From: Tubiluchus corallicola | Taxonomy: Eukaryota > Animalia > Priapulida | Length of the DNA stretch: 64,000 nt | Assembly (NCBI GenBank): GCA_030141605.1 | Contig: JAQGDQ010000073.1 | Span: 62,001 to 126,000 of the forward strand | Reading direction: 5' to 3' | Shown here: piece after piece, positions 27,246-41,984 of the stretch | How positions within the stretch are numbered: the stretch's first letter is position 1 | Layout of the letters: each line of letters starts with the position of its first letter | Notes under the pieces: generated by a model | Databases searched by the model: none | Told to the model about the DNA's origin: nothing | What the model saw: only the letters and a program-made list of their open reading frames with translations | Position numbers and translations under genes: made by a program

Positions 27246-27392
27246 CTTGATCTTTGCAATAGTCAATCAAAATCCGCAAACACGCTACACTGCCATACTG
27301 ACATGCAGTGAAAGGTAATGATATGCCATAGCTTTCCTGAACAGAAATAACTGGCTTCTTTTCTAAGAGCAAATTTGTAATGTCAGTTGAGC
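27246..27392 (-). CDS. ASB3: ASB3-like exon 3 (not in the ORF track)
   Basis: ttgcag|GC TCA...STDITNLLLEKKPVISVQESYGISLPFTACQYGSVACLRILIDYCKDQ G|gtact; 147 bp, phase 1-1. Confidence 0.85.
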
Positions 27393-27812
27393 CTGCAATT
27401 TAACGAAGGAAGATCCACTGTTATTCAGTATTAGAATACGTACATAATGTATAAACTCTAGCTTATGAAAGTTCTATAACCTCCCGCACATGCAAATAAT
27501 AATAATAATAATAATAAAGAAGCAATTTTTGTACGAAATCGTAAAAAATATGCAAATGGGAATAAACCTGTAAAAATACAGCAATTTTTTTTACAATTTT
27601 CTGTGCAAAGTGGTAATTTTTGCAAATTAAATGTAACGATTAAATTAAATAGCCTTTTCTCACAATTTTACCAAATTATTCTCCATACAATGCAGAGTTT
27701 AAGAAAGCAGTCAAGCATCACACACACTCCCTTTCTCCACTTACCTGTCACTTAGACAACTCGAGTAAAAAGAAAAAAATCAGAAACTACCATAAAGCAA
27801 TTAAATACTCAC

Positions 27813-28076
27813 CAACAAACATGGCCTCATGCATTACCGACCACCCACTCGCATCCTGAGAATTTACATCAGCACCACCTGTCAGCAGAGCTTTTACAAC
27901 ATCCAGGTTACCTTCCCTCACTGCTAAATGCAAAGGGGACTGCAACTCATTGTTTGAGATGTTTGGATCCGCGCCAAGACTGAGTAGCAAAGAAATGCAG
28001 GTGTTGTGGTTTGAAACAACAGCTAGCATAAGTGGAGTTTCGCCTTCAAATGTTCTCCAGTTTAGGTCGGTATTCT
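27813..28076 (-). CDS. ASB3: ASB3-like exon 2
   Basis: tttacag|AG AAT...RTFEGETPLMLA...SPLHLAVREG...MFV G|gtgagt; 264 bp of ankyrin repeats. Confidence 0.9.
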
Positions 28077-28624
28077 CTGTAAATGAATGATTATAACAAT
28101 TCATAAAGAAATTACAAGCACTCTATTGTACAAAGCTAATTGCCATATATCATGACTTAATGCAAAACCTAATCCAGGATTTACTAATTTTAAGTATCTA
28201 TTGTATAACTTATTGTAAATTGTATTGTATAGTAATAGTAACCTCGTATAACTACTGTGTTTTTTCTAAAATGACGTTACAGATTCGGAAATGCTTTTGA
28301 AATTTAAGCTTCTCCCACCCCTAATTTCCCATAGCATAGCAAATGCATAGGTTGTAATGCTTCTAATACACCACAAACAGCTGTGTACATAATGTTTTTC
28401 ATGTACATGTACAAACAATGTGCAGTGAATTTAAAATTATCCAGTACATCAGACAGGTCATGGCACCTTTTCTACAACTCGTGTCCCTTAACTCTAAAAC
28501 CTAGCAATGCCCCTGGACAGCACAAGCATCAATACTAGTAAGATCTTTATTAGGTGCTGCAAAACGCTTTGTGAAGCACTGAGCCGCAAAAAAACGAGTT
28601 CGATGACTTGAATTATTGGCCGAG

Positions 28625-29000
28625 GGACTGCTTTTTTAAAATGATGTTATGGCTGACATCTTGAATTCAAAATGGCGCATCAAAGATCTAATTGTCAATC
28701 AATGCAGAATTCATTCTACTATATTCATTTGAACCTTCATGATGATCCACTGTGAATTCACATAGTCTTAGACTGATGATGTTATCACCACCATCTTGAA
28801 TTTAAGATGGAAATCAAAAAAATACGACTCTATTAGTTGATAAAGAACTTGCTCTAGTAAAGTCTAATAAGTTTTAAACTAATCAACTACAATGATCTGT
28901 TGCGAACTGGGGGAGCCTTTAGGGATTAGGCTTTTTCCGATGTGGACACCATCTTGATTGAAAATTACAGATCGAAAATCCGACTCCCATGTAGATAACT
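28625..29000. repeat. Second array of the ~140-bp tandem family, about 3 units
   Basis: CATCTTGAATTCAAAATGGCG core near 28657, 28792 and 28950; same family as 4600-5460. Confidence 0.7.
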
Positions 29001-29115
29001 GTGTTATCCAGACCCAGTGTTGTTTAGCATAAAAATGAAACACATACCATGACCATTTAGTTCTTCCCATTGTCCTGACTCCCATAGTTTACATAACCAC
29101 TATATATAAACTTAC

Positions 29116-29311
29116 TATGTTTTGCTAAAAGAGATAGGCAATCATTGTGATTGTTAGCAGCTGCTTCATGAATTGCTCTCCAACCACGATTATCTTGAAC
29201 ATCAACGGGACGTTTGTTCTTGATCAGCTTTTTCAAAGTCTTTAGATCACCAGCTCTGGCACACTGACTTATGGACGAGCAAGCGTCACTGTACGATTCT
29301 CTAAAATCCAT
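29116..29311 (-). CDS. ASB3: ASB3-like coding exon 1
   Basis: MDFRESYSDACSSISQCARAGD...VDVQDNRGWRAIHEAA closely resembles the ASB3 N-terminus (MDFTEAY..CS..VDVADNRGW.PIHEAA); donor A|gtaagt. The six exons sum to 1779 nt (592 aa plus stop). Confidence 0.9.
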
Positions 29312-31454
29312 CACCTGGACCTAAAATTGCACTACTTAATGTTAAATCTTAAAAGTTAAATAGGCATAATGAAATTCACGTGCATTATCCATGAGCAGGA
29401 TGGTAACAAACATATCCCATATGATCTGAAGTAATCATACATGTCAAGGTGAGTGGACATACAAGCCATTACAATATTTTATAGAAAGCATTGTAAAAGT
29501 AAGTTAACTTAATCTGCTATATTGTCCTCTTTGTTTAAATAACCATGTATAAATGGAGCAAACTATAATCTGTTATAACCTTCTTTCTAAAATTTATGTA
29601 AAACACTGTTAAATCTAATTACAATCTGTAGGTAACATCCTTCCAAATCTTGGGATACTGATTGCCCTTGACTAAATTATATAGTACTCAGTCTAACATT
29701 GTGGATTTCATTTTTAACCTACATTCACAGTCTTTTTGGAACTTTTAAAAAACAATTATTAATTCTTTGAGTCAAACCTAAATTGTAGTTTATAGCTAGA
29801 CGAATATTCATTATCGTTGCCTTGGCAGGTCAGTATATGCTTCCACACATAAAAGAAGCAAGCTGATACACCTGTAACCCAGGCTGTGTATAATGTGTCG
29901 CATAAATTTTGCAGTAATTTTATTTTTTTATCTGAAGTATTTTAAAATTTTTGATGATCTTACTCAAATAGAAATGCAAAAATTTTATTTCAATCGTAGG
30001 AGTATGGAGTATGCTACTAGCCGAAGTAGAACACTTACGCTAAATTTGCGCAAAACCTGTGTCGTATATGGGCAGTCCAAGTAAGGCGCTGACAATTTCT
30101 CTTACTCTTTTAACTTTACATCAAGAATTTTGTTAAATTCTTAAAAATTCTGCGAAAGTTTCTTCATTTTATTAAAAATTGTGCTTGTTGGCTGAGTTGC
30201 TGTCAGTTTGAAATCATACCGTGGATACACACGATCCTCTTTACCAAATTAGCGAGCAAACTGACATCAATAAAAAGTGCTTTGCAAAATCAAAAACATG
30301 TATTTTGTTCACTTTGTTCATTTAGTGAAACGGATTACCTCTCTGTGAAGCGAGACAAAATGAAAAAATGATATAGCTTACCAAATCTTAGAATTGCATA
30401 AAAAGCGAGCTTATTTCACTTTAAAAAGATTCATCTTGAAGCCAAATTTAATATTCGCTCGTTTGACTAGCTCAGAATAAGATTATTTTATTTTATCAGA
30501 TGTATAATAAATTATTCAAAATGTTAAAGTTAAACGTATTTTTAAAGTAAATTTTTCTATTCCTTTAAGGCGATTCTTACTGGTGTTTCACTTGATAATC
30601 TGAGAAGATTAATCTTAAAAACTTTCCTTTAAAATTCGTTAAATTGCAAAACGCAATACGGAAACCTTTACTTTCCTCTTACTCACTTTTGTCGCCCACT
30701 TTTTAAGCCAACGATTTATGCCATGTAGCGGATCTTAATTTTGTGAATGTGGAGTTTGTGGACCGCTACAGTAGGAGTGAGCACCGAGCTCCGAACGTTC
30801 AAGTTTTTTTAGCACGCACGCAAACTTATTAAATTTTGTATGAACAGTGGGTGGGCTGAAAACTTAACAGTCTTAAATCACTTGACTATCCACATTTTGC
30901 TGGGTAGGTAATCTTGACTAATAATAATAATAATAATAAAAATGATTAATAAATTTAAGAAGTAAGTATCACTGATAAAGCAGTCCAAAAGTGTGTTTCA
31001 TAATAATTATATTAACGATATTATAATAAGACCATTTTATCTATTAATACTTTTTAAACCTGGTTATATATTTTTTTAATTTAAAGAGATATGCTAATTA
31101 TGATTAAGGTGTATTAAGTTTATAAATTATGTAAAGGTATGGTAAATAAATAATACAGGTGTAGTTTTGCTTGAATTTGTGCATTGCTTATAACAAGAAA
31201 AAGATTGTAGGTATAGGTTGACTGTTAGTTAATTAAAAATGATGCAATAAAGCAGCCAACATAAGCAGTAATGAACTAGTAAACAATAATGACACTAAAT
31301 AAATCATGCTCAAGTAATGGGTCAACCGCACTGCAGTGTATTACGAAGTTACTTTTATGATATATGACTACTACAATAGAATACAATCAATTTTATCTAG
31401 GTAAATGTAGGTAAAATATATTTATTAAAGCAGAATTTTTCACGTTTGAGGTAG

Positions 31455-31575
31455 TCTATGCACCAGAATTTAGATGTCATTTGAGGCCTCCAAAATATGC
31501 TTAAATACAGGCAAATGCGTTGTGGCCAGACCCCGTAGGGGGAGTTTACAGCGCTCCCCCAGACCTCCTAGTGGT
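31455..31575. repeat. Interspersed repeat fragment with GGGGGAG-TTTACAGCG-CTCCCCC hairpin
   Basis: CCAGACCCCGTAGGGGGAGTTTACAGCGCTCCCCCAGACCTCCTAG resembles a common invertebrate non-autonomous element motif. Confidence 0.5.
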
Positions 31576-31604
31576 TTGTGCGCCAACTTTTTTAAACCTT
31601 GGCG

Positions 31605-31700
31605 GTGCCCATGCCTGTAACCCTGCACGTAAATCTTCTTTGTACAGATTCCAACACGTCGATGTCTTTCAAGTAATTATGGATTTCAGACTGGACTTGC
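31605..31700 (-). mobile_element. Short CR1-type LINE fragment
   Basis: Reads YLKDIDVLESVQRRFTCRVTGM. Confidence 0.65.
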
Positions 31701-31705
31701 ATACG

Positions 31706-31778
31706 TTTGATTCGAATTCTAAAGTTAGAAATTCGATTTGATTCGAATTCGCGTTCTGATAGAGAATGCTCATCCCTA
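31706..31778 (-). mobile_element. Terminal fragment of the hAT-type MITE family
   Basis: Reverse complement reads TAGGGATGAGCATTCTCTATCAGAACGCGAATTCGAATC, matching the ends at 33959 and 62976. Confidence 0.75.
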
Positions 31779-32865
31779 CGCAAAAGGCAGAAAGTCACAA
31801 ACAAAAATAACGAAAAAATCTATTATTGAGTTTCAGTTCATGTGAATGCTGAGAGTAATTGCACAAGTTTATTTACACATATTAGGGCCTATAGATGATA
31901 ACACACTGTATTTTTATAATAGTCTTATACATGCATTTGTATGCCCAACTAGATAACAGTACTGTACAGTTCAGTTTATTATCATAATTAATATCCTTAT
32001 AATAAATGCATCAGCACAGTGTTAATTAATGCTGTTGTACCCAATCATTTTTGAACACTAATCCCTTTCATGGAATCCTTGACCCTCATCCTTACCCCCA
32101 GGCAAATAAGGATTCACTGGCATTATTTCAGTAACCGGGCATGGCACTGAAAATATTAAGATTTTTTTATTCTTCATTTTCTATTCATCTTCTATGCTAA
32201 ACATGATATTTGTGTAAATGATGATGACGATGATGATGACGATGACGATGAAAGAAAACTTTTAAAAATAATTATAGGTAATATTAAACACATTAAAAGT
32301 AAATTAATATAAGCCTGCAATATGCTTGCAGGTGGATTGTGAAATTAGTTTTCATCATTATTGCGAATTACGATGCATTTGATCCCGAGCTTGTTAATGT
32401 TCGCAAAACTCTATTATTTCTTCGCCAGTTATGAAAGGTATGAAACGTGACTTTTTGTTACTCTCTCTGTCTGTTCTTACTTAACTAGTGTCTATTGGTT
32501 ACAGGTTCCGAAATAACACAACAGCAACAGCATAATTACAATCAAAACTTCATGGAAGTATGTGGCCGCTCTTATAAAAACAAAATTTGCTGTGTACTAC
32601 AGATTTCTTTCTTCTTACCGTAAAACCTTGGCTACAGCGGCTCCACCTTGACTAATACCCTGAATCATTCCATGAACTATCAATGTATAAAACAGTATTT
32701 TTGGCCTAGTAGAAGGTATATTGACTATTTGGCAAAACTTTACAGTTTGGCTTCTGCAAATAATATAATTATCTCATCACAAAGCAAAATGCATCTCAAT
32801 GGTTTTTTCAGTTGACAGGAAAATTTATTTAGCAGTCCTTCGTCGTTTCATTTAAATTCTTAACT

Positions 32866-32975
32866 AGTGGTCTTTTGTATGGTGGTTCATTGACTGGTGG
32901 TCCTTTGTCTATGGTGGTCCTTTGACCGGTGGGCCCTTGTCTGGTGGCCCCTTGGACTGTGGTCTTTAACTGGTG
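32866..32975. repeat. ~15-17-bp minisatellite (TGGTGGTCCTTTGAC-like)
   Basis: About 7 diverged tandem units. Confidence 0.7.
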
Positions 32976-33005
32976 ATTCTATGACTTACACCGGACGAAT
33001 CATCG

Positions 33006-33115
<110 letters not shown>

Positions 33116-33958
33116 GAGTGAGGGGTGAGATTTAGTTATTATTTATTTTACATTAATTTGACAGTATAGTAAAAGTAATATTGCATTCTATGGCGAGCAG
33201 GTTGTGTCGTGCGGATCATAGCCACACATCTGCTTGTTGATCACTCCAACTTCACGTGCTTCACATTCTTGTACTTTCTCTTGGCTTTTTGTTTGCACTG
33301 GGTGTCTAGCTCAAGCTGCTGGCAGGCTACGGAAATAGTGTAGTGCAAGGTGGTGCGGTGAAGGACACAAGCACTGAGGTCATAGAACCTTGGATCATTT
33401 CAGCTCAGAAAGAACATTGGCTGCATGGCTACATATAGCCGTATCCAGGGCATGCCCGCTGTTGCTGTTGAAAATGTTTGCACAAGGGTTGTGTTTTCTA
33501 GAAAATACGAATATTACCCCACCCCTTTAGGTAACAGAGGCAGACGTAGATTTGTTTTAACAAGTTATAAAAGTACACAAGCCATTTTTATGTTATACCT
33601 GAGTGACTGCATTAATTTCTGCCGCAATGTAACTGCCGAAACTTAGATGCTTAGGATATTCCTTAATGTTAATCTAGAATGCGTAGCGTTTACTTTTAAA
33701 TGGCTGATTTATGTGAGACAGCACAGATGGCTATTTCCGGTCAGGCCAGGGATGTCAATGTCCTAAGTTTTTCCACGGGCGCAGGATTCCCTGAATCCAA
33801 CGTTAAGCAAAATGATAGGAAAACAACTTCAAAACACTTTTCCTGCTTTTCATTTTGTGTCTCTGAATGAAAGAAAAGGACGAGTATTTATGCGAAAAGT
33901 GTGAAATTTGTCTGTTTAGTTTAAGCTTGGTTCCAATTTCGGCTATCAAAAAGGGCAG

Positions 33959-34311
33959 TAGGGGTGAGCATTCTCTATCAGAAAGCGAATTCGAATCGAA
34001 TCGCATTTTTGACTTTCGAACTCGAATCAAACCGAATTTCAAGATTTCGAATTCGAATCGAATTCAGTTTTAAAGATTTTCGAATAGATTTTAGCATCTT
34101 AAATAAAAAACAGTCTCGCAAATTCATGCTTATTGTTTTAGTTTGTTCTGCAGTAAAAACACGAATATTTTGTTTAAAATAATGCATGGAAATCAGTATT
34201 GTGCTGAATGCATGTTGTTTCAAACGTTAAAGAACGTATGTCGTTGAAGGGGTAAATTATTCGAATACATTCGAATCGAAGTCAAATAAAAAAAACTCGT
34301 TCGAATCGAAT
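33959..34311 (+). mobile_element. hAT-type MITE, 3'-truncated copy
   Basis: Starts TAGGGGTGAGCATTCTCTATCAGAAAGCGAATTCG; TTCGAA arrays and internal sequence are colinear with 62976-63372. Confidence 0.75.
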
Positions 34312-36039
34312 TATATGTGCGCGTTCATGTATATGGCAGTGGCCTGTGAAATTAAAATATTAGGTGCTATATTCCTGGAAATTTTCTGGAGTACCTTCTA
34401 AGTAAAATCGAAGCCCGCAATTAACTTAAAATTCTAACACCAAAAAATTTTTAATGCGGACAGTATTGTTTTTGTTTTAAGGGCCCTTGGTTCATACTGT
34501 GAAACGGTCTGTCATGTTTTTCGTTCATGCCATTAATTTATAGGGGCGTCTCCATAGCAGAGAAATACGTGAAGCTATTACCGTTTGCTTTTATCGCACT
34601 TACACTTAATTAACTTATTAAGTACACTTATCATTTTGATGCTAGTATTATACTAGCCTTCGACCTATACGTTGTCAACCTGCATGATACCTGTCGTTAA
34701 ACTCTGTCACATGACTCACATCTGTAGCACTTTTTTAACTAATGGGCAAGCTTTAATTAACTTATTTTACCAAGTAATGAAGGCGATATCATCTGCTTTG
34801 ACGGGTCATTATATCTTCCGGCTTTTTTTATTTTAAATACTACATTTCACGTTCTACTACATTTACTAAAAATAATGCTTCTTAAAAAACGACAACTTGT
34901 ATGAATTAGCCACGCATACATACCTTCAATACAGGTCATTGTGTGGCCATTAATGCATGGAGAAAATAATGTTGAAGAGAAAATAAAGCTGTAGTTATTA
35001 CCCGACAAATGGCCTTTTAGGAATAAATTTTTGTTCAACAGACATTTTCAAGAATTAAAGGCTAAATCGCAAAAATCACTATTACAATCCTTTTTTTTCT
35101 TGCCACAGACGGAGCCAGAGACAGGTACGTTCTTAAGCAACGCCTGTAGTTTTATACCTAGAAAAATTGTTGCCTAGGACTAGTGCACACCATGTATTAC
35201 AAAATTAAACTCGTAAATAGTGCGATCCAGCTTAGTCTGGCTATTCTGGGTGGCAAGTTAGTGACAAATTTAGACCTAACAGCGGTTTTGTACTTTGTAC
35301 TTGCGTCTGAGTCCACTCCTGCTTACGGCCAACCCCAGTTTTGAATCCGCCCGAAAACAGCTGATCGGGCGTTCAGCGCAGTATGAGACAGAACCACGAG
35401 AATAACGGTACCTCGAGGCTTGCCCACAGTGATACGTTGTTTGCATCTGTGATTATAGTGTATATTATTGCAGCGTGGATTTAAGCTTAGAGTGAACTGG
35501 GACAAAAGAAACTTGGCGTGACGACGTAAACACAGCTGTTTTTTTCCACCAGAACACGTGAAAGTAAGTGCAAGTATTTGAATTCCATTGAAAGTTTTTA
35601 ATGAAAGAAACGATTTTTTGCAGATCAGGGCGATCGATCTAGGGCAGCAGCTGGTGCGTGCTACTGGTTGTTTGCGCTGTTGGAATGCTTTACTGAAATT
35701 TTACGACTTAATTGAATCAAGGATGTTAGTTTTTTCGTAAATTCGGAATTCGTTATTATTAAATTGCAGAATGCTACACGCGCTGCAACTAATTCTTACA
35801 CCTTTAAGTTTTTACGCCTTCTCTGTTACTGTGGTCACCATTTTTCACGACGCTCATTACACGATGACCTTTACTGGTTAGTTTTTGGTTAGTATTCTCT
35901 AAATAATTAGCAAGATTGATAACTTTTTGCTTGATTTACGTAATATCTCTTCGATTTGCGACTATCTATATATAATAATAATATTATTATTGGAAGTCTA
36001 AAACGAAAGTCAGTGGAACGCAAGATAGTCACTAAGAAC

Positions 36040-36190
36040 ATGCCAGATCAGCACCAGAGTTTTTCCCTGTCCCATGCATCCTCTCCACATGCTTTCCTGC
36101 AAATCGATTAAGTAGTTTTTGCGTAATTCTGCTAACACAGACAGACAGGCAAACAAACAAACCGCAATGAAAAAGTTGGCAGGAGTTATA
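36040..36190 (+). mobile_element. Helentron/HINE-like terminal fragment
   Basis: AAATCG..AGTAGTTTTTGCGTAATTCTGCTAAC, then (ACAG)n/(ACAA)n, then TTGGCAGGAGTTAT. Confidence 0.45.
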
Positions 36191-39100
36191 ATAATAAGGT
36201 TTTTCCTAAAATTTGTGACTACTCACTAGCCAACAGCCATTACAATAAAAATAACCTATCTCAACGATCACAACTTTCCTTCTCACGTCAATATTACTAA
36301 TATGACATTTTGGATTATGCAGGTTAAGGGCTATAAATTTTTTGGCGTAGTTTGCTCAAAGTAACTGGCACTATTCAAAGGCAAGAAAGAGGAAGCATCT
36401 AAAACGCCATGCACTCATAGAGGTCAAGTAATCTGGGTAATGACATTGTGCTTTTTAATGAAATAAAGAAAAAAAGTTAATTTGGAGAAACTGCTACTTT
36501 AGTATGTATTGTTTTCATTCTTTTGTTGTAAAAATATAGTGATAATTTATATATAAATACTTCGTTAAGTGTTTCACCCGACCTCCCAAAACTTGTCCTC
36601 CACAACACATTATGACTGAAGAGTCATATGTCTGACTCATTCGAAGTTTTGGAAAAGCAGTTTTTTCTCTGTGACTGTTGGCATCAAATTTTTATTTTCA
36701 TTTGTTTAATTTAGTTTTTTAACTATTTTATCACCGTGTCTTTTTAATAATATTTTAAAATAGCTTTCATTTAACTTTAGCTCTGAGCAGCCAGTATTAA
36801 GTTTATGGCCCTATTATGACCAAAAACATTTTAGCTGTACAGCGTTTATGAGACGCAAGCTACTTTGAGCATCCGCAATTGGTAGGCACACCCCGAAGCA
36901 TAGGATACGGATCGATCAGCTGTTGTGACGGTTTGTTGCCTTGAAGCAATATTACGAAAACTAACTAGGTCTGGTTCCAACCAGTTGCAAGTGGTTTTTC
37001 GGCCTTGTTTATTGATTGCAGGACTCGAGCAGGTAGAGAATGCCAGTGACAGTAATGCTAATAATAGTAATAAACAGGAATGTGGCACACCCGTGTAGCA
37101 CACCTGAGCGTCTTTACCAGCTGTCTAGCAACGATCGCATAGTAAATGTAAACAAAAAGTTGAACGCAAGCGGTCATGAACCACTGGAAACTGTGTGCGC
37201 GCGACCCTAGTTTTTAAAAAGAGTTGTAAGCTATAAAAATGTACATGTTGGACCTTTTTCTAGTAAATGTGACGGATGATGAATGCAATTCAAACAAGCG
37301 CTTCTAAATTGGCTCCTGCACTTCTCTAGTACATACATGATAAAACCTTGAGTTAAACATTTATTTAAGTGGTATATCTTTCTCGACCTGCAAGTCAAAA
37401 TAATCCAGTTTGTTAATTTTATATTTGTTTTCAAAAGCTTTAGTTCTTTTTTGCAACATTAGTCACCTGCGACATTATACAATTTAGGTCTCTATCTCTG
37501 TGTTTGCTTTGGGACTAATTACTCCTTTTACGTAATCAACGAAACACTTACGTGATTTTATTCAACTAGACAAGTTGTCATAACTGCAAACATTTACAAA
37601 CACTGTACTTGTGATTCTGCAGGCCGCACTATCGCATAAAAACTACACCAGCGCTAAATAAAGCATTACTAAAATTTAATATACTTAGTAGGTTTAATAA
37701 TTTTTTAACTCGCTGTTGCATACTATATCTTCAGTAAATATGTGTAGTCATCATTTGCAGCCGAAGTATTGTATGAAGTCATAAAATTTAACTGTGCGCC
37801 CGCTTAGTGAATGCAAACCAGTGGGTATTCTGCAGCTACACTTGAATCATTTTCTTATGTCTATACTGAGTGGTCAAGTATGGCTTGTAGTAGAGAATTT
37901 GATTTACTGGCATTAATTTTAAGAACCCATCGAACGTGTTCAGTCTCACATTGTGTTGATGAGCTTTTACACTGTTTTATGTGTCTGTAGTTTTTAATCG
38001 AGATGCATTTCACTTAAGTTTCAACCTATATACAAGTTTGTAGCTCATCCAGTAATTGCTACTACGTATTGCATGCATTTTTTGACAATTTTGTACGATG
38101 ACGTGGCGATTTGTCAGATAACAAACTATAAGATAAACACTCTAACAAATATTTGGTTCTCTATGTCCTTTTGTTGACACTTTTTGTAACATCTGATCGC
38201 AAGCTAGGATTAATGATTCATTTACAGTCCAACAACCGAGCATTAACCTTGACTTAATCTATTACACCTATGACTGAACTGTTTGTACAGCTATAATAGT
38301 AACTAGCTAGGTCTGAACTGTTTGGAAAGGTTTTGTATGATTATAATGCTTATCAAAGTTCTTTGACAAGCAATAAATAGATTTTATGCTGACATACAGG
38401 CCTTATGTCTATACCCGCGCATGAGTAATAATGACTGCATATACAAAATATACATGCATGTAATGCGTTACTTGAGGCAAGTGAAAGTTTTTGAGCTTTA
38501 ATTTAGAGAAATATAAATACATACTTCAATTAATTCACCATCCATCACTAAACTTCACCTCGAAACTTAATAGTTTCTTTACGTATTTTTTCTTAGCAAC
38601 AAGTTTCTACAGCTTTTTGTAAATTATTGTAAGTGAGCTGACAGATCCTCTTTTTCAATGAATGAGTGGAGGCAAGTGTCAGTGCAAGAATGCCTCGATT
38701 GCTTGAAGTGCCTAGAAGAACTAGACACTTTCAACTGCTACTTAATCGGGAATGCCAAGTTGACAATGCAGCTCGTTTCTGCAGATCTTAATATATATGT
38801 TGAGCAAAACAAATACAAGAGAACATCTTGTGGCAAACGTGGAAACTGAACTCAGCATTCGTACATTCTTAACTACATTCAAGTAGCTGTCAAATGCAAC
38901 TTCAAATGATATGTGGTACGACAACGTCACGGTTATTCCTATTTTGTGGTTTTTAAAATTAACAAAATACTGTAATTATAAAGACAATTATTATTCAAGT
39001 TACAAAATTTTTTGAAAGGTTTCCAAATTTAAAGCTTTGTAAAGTTTGTAAAAAACCTTTTATCTTGAATGCAGTTAAATACAGTAGTATAGCTTGTGTG

Positions 39101-41984
39101 GCGGATATCCATTGACGTGAATGAAGCGTTTTGGAAGTAAAATTGTAATACACAGTGCCTGCATTCATCAATGAATTCTTTATAAAACCTTTCAAGAATG
39201 ATTAATCCGGTTGAGCTTCAGTCTAGTGATATTAAGGCTTAACGAGTTCGATGAATTCCGGTCCTGGAAATCTCTGACTGTGTAAACATTCCAGCCCTAT
39301 AGTAGTACCCTTCGATTTTGTCCGCTAGTGAGTTCCGGTCCAGTCCGATGAGGTTTGGCTCAATGAGCTGCAGTTAAATAAATGGATAAAATCTTGCTAA
39401 GCTTTGTTGTGGCTCATTTCCGATTTTTGGGAAGTGAGCTACGTTCCCCAATCCCCCAAGATTTTTTATTGGCTAAATTTTATTGTTGTGTCAGCACCCT
39501 AAACAGAGACATAAACATAGGACAATTCGTCAAACAGTACTTTTGCAAACAAGGGCTTAAAGGAAGACAAGACGATTTTTCATATACTACCCCATTTTCA
39601 AGTCTGATAAAAAGTATACATTTTGACACAGTCAATACTGCAAAGGCGTTTCTGATAAATAAATAAGAGATTAGAAACTTAATTAACGACGGGCGAGTCC
39701 AACTATTGATGACATCACAAACTAACAAAATTTTCAACAGCAAAAATGTTCCACGAGCGTGTTGCACGTGTTTGCGAAAGCGAAAAGTGAAGATATTCAG
39801 TGTGCTGTACTAAAACTAGGCAAGTTTTAAGATAAAAATTCAAATTTCAAATTTATCGGTGTGCTCACACATAAGCTGTCGAACAAGTTTAGTTAGTCAC
39901 AAACCAACACAACTGAACGGAAAGGTACAGTACCTGTTTTTTTGTGCATAGCGCTTCCGAAATGCAGGCGCTAGTGCCCGTCTAACTAGTGAATGGCGAA
40001 ATGCATGTAACAACGAAGAACTAGAGTCACAAACGTAGTTTGTGTGGTAATAATTATTTCACGTAAGTCATTTTTGAAAAAAATAGTATGTTTCCTTTCA
40101 ATATTTTAAAGAGCAAATTTCTTTTAACCTACATTTAAGATTGGGTCCCGTTTTGCTTTAAAGAAAAAATAGAGCGCTACGTTGGTACATGCAAGAGATA
40201 CTAATAATGTACGTTGTAACAGTATTTATAGGGTAACATAACATGAGGCACTATCCTTAAATAATTAGGCTTATAAACCTCTGAAAGGAAGCAATCGTAG
40301 GCTTTTAAGCTTAACAGTAAAAGTCAAGGAACTCTGTAAGGCTGCTGTGAGCGTCTTTTATGTCATTTTATGCTGACAGAACGGCGGGCACGTGGCAATA
40401 TAACTGTTTAGTCATAGATTGACCAAATCAGGAGACCACAAATTAGTGAAAATCATAAAACCTGTGCGTATAGCCCATAAGAGCATTGAAAATGAAGACC
40501 CAGTTAAAACTAATACTCTGGGTGGTATATACTGGCTTCAAGGCATCGACGTATGTTTGCACTTTTCTTAGATCCGGTTCTTGTTGTTGTTTTCAACAGA
40601 GAAAGTAAAGATTTGCTCCTGCATATACGACATTTCTGCGAAATGTTTATCGCTTTGGTCCCCGCAACGTATCCCAGCTAATAACATTATCAACAGGCTC
40701 TCTCGCCGTATGAAATAAGTAGCCACTAAGCAGAGCTATGTCTTAATTAAAAGTTAAAAATCGTTTGTGTTTGGAATCATTTTAGACCGACAAGATCGGC
40801 TGCATAGAACTTTCGAGTTTCAATTTGACTTCTATATAGATAATAGATGAATTGACTTTTATTGTATGGGCAGTAGGTACGGCCGATCAACTTTACAAAC
40901 GCAAATACGGAATAATTATCATATATACACATGCACGTGCGAACAAATTTTGCTACTGTTATACGCTATGACTGCATAAGATATGCCAGTGCACCGTTAT
41001 CATTTATGTTACATAACTAAGGAATACACTGGTTTACAGTATTTAACAAGAACAAAAAATGGCATTCATTGCCACAGTAACATTAATACGTTTCTAGATC
41101 AGTAACAGTAACACAGGTTTCTAGATCAAACTGAATCTAATAGGATTTCTAGAAGCAATTTCCCTGAACCAGTAGTAGTACTATAGTGAAGTCGAGTGTC
41201 CTTGCAAAATGAATGAAAGTGGTAAGAGTATAGGGTTTTAATCAACTTCAGGAAGAATCAGGACCCTGATAAAATTTTTAAATTCTTTATAACAAGAACA
41301 ATGCCCATTTCATAAACAACGTTGGAAAATCCAACGTTCTCATTGCACACTTGAAGTTGTCATTGGAAAACATATAAAGCAAATTATACATTTCCTGATG
41401 GCGGCTTCTAATGTGCAGTGAAAATGTTGGGTTTTCCTAATAAAATTTACTATGCAGTGAGCTGTTTATGAACCAGCAACCTGAATTTGTAATTATCACA
41501 TCAAAAAGTAATGTCAAACCCGCTTGTGCCTGCCAGTAATTGCAATCTAAAAGGATTACATAAACAATTAAAAAATATAATGATGATAATTAGTAAAGGC
41601 AGCTTTAAGCGCAGTTTGCTCTTTACGTACACTTTAAAAACGAGTTCAAACTTCATATGATATATTTATTAATGCATATTTTAAGCATTTGCCTGTTGGT
41701 TTAGATTAAGTTAATTTTTGCCTGTCAATGACGTGTGGAGTGTTGAAGTGACAGAAGATGTTGGTTTAGGGCGTAGCTAAAGAGGTGGAACTACCGTCTG
41801 CGAGGATGCTGTGTGGAAAAGTTTTCAAATTCAAAAAAAGAAAAATCGTGAATAAAATACAAAATACCGAGAAAACTGATAAGATGAAATAAACCGTAGA
41901 ACAAATGTAGTATTAGCAATACTAAAGAGCATCGTGACCCTCATGAACGCATTTATGACACCAGAATTCAAGTCATAATGCCTA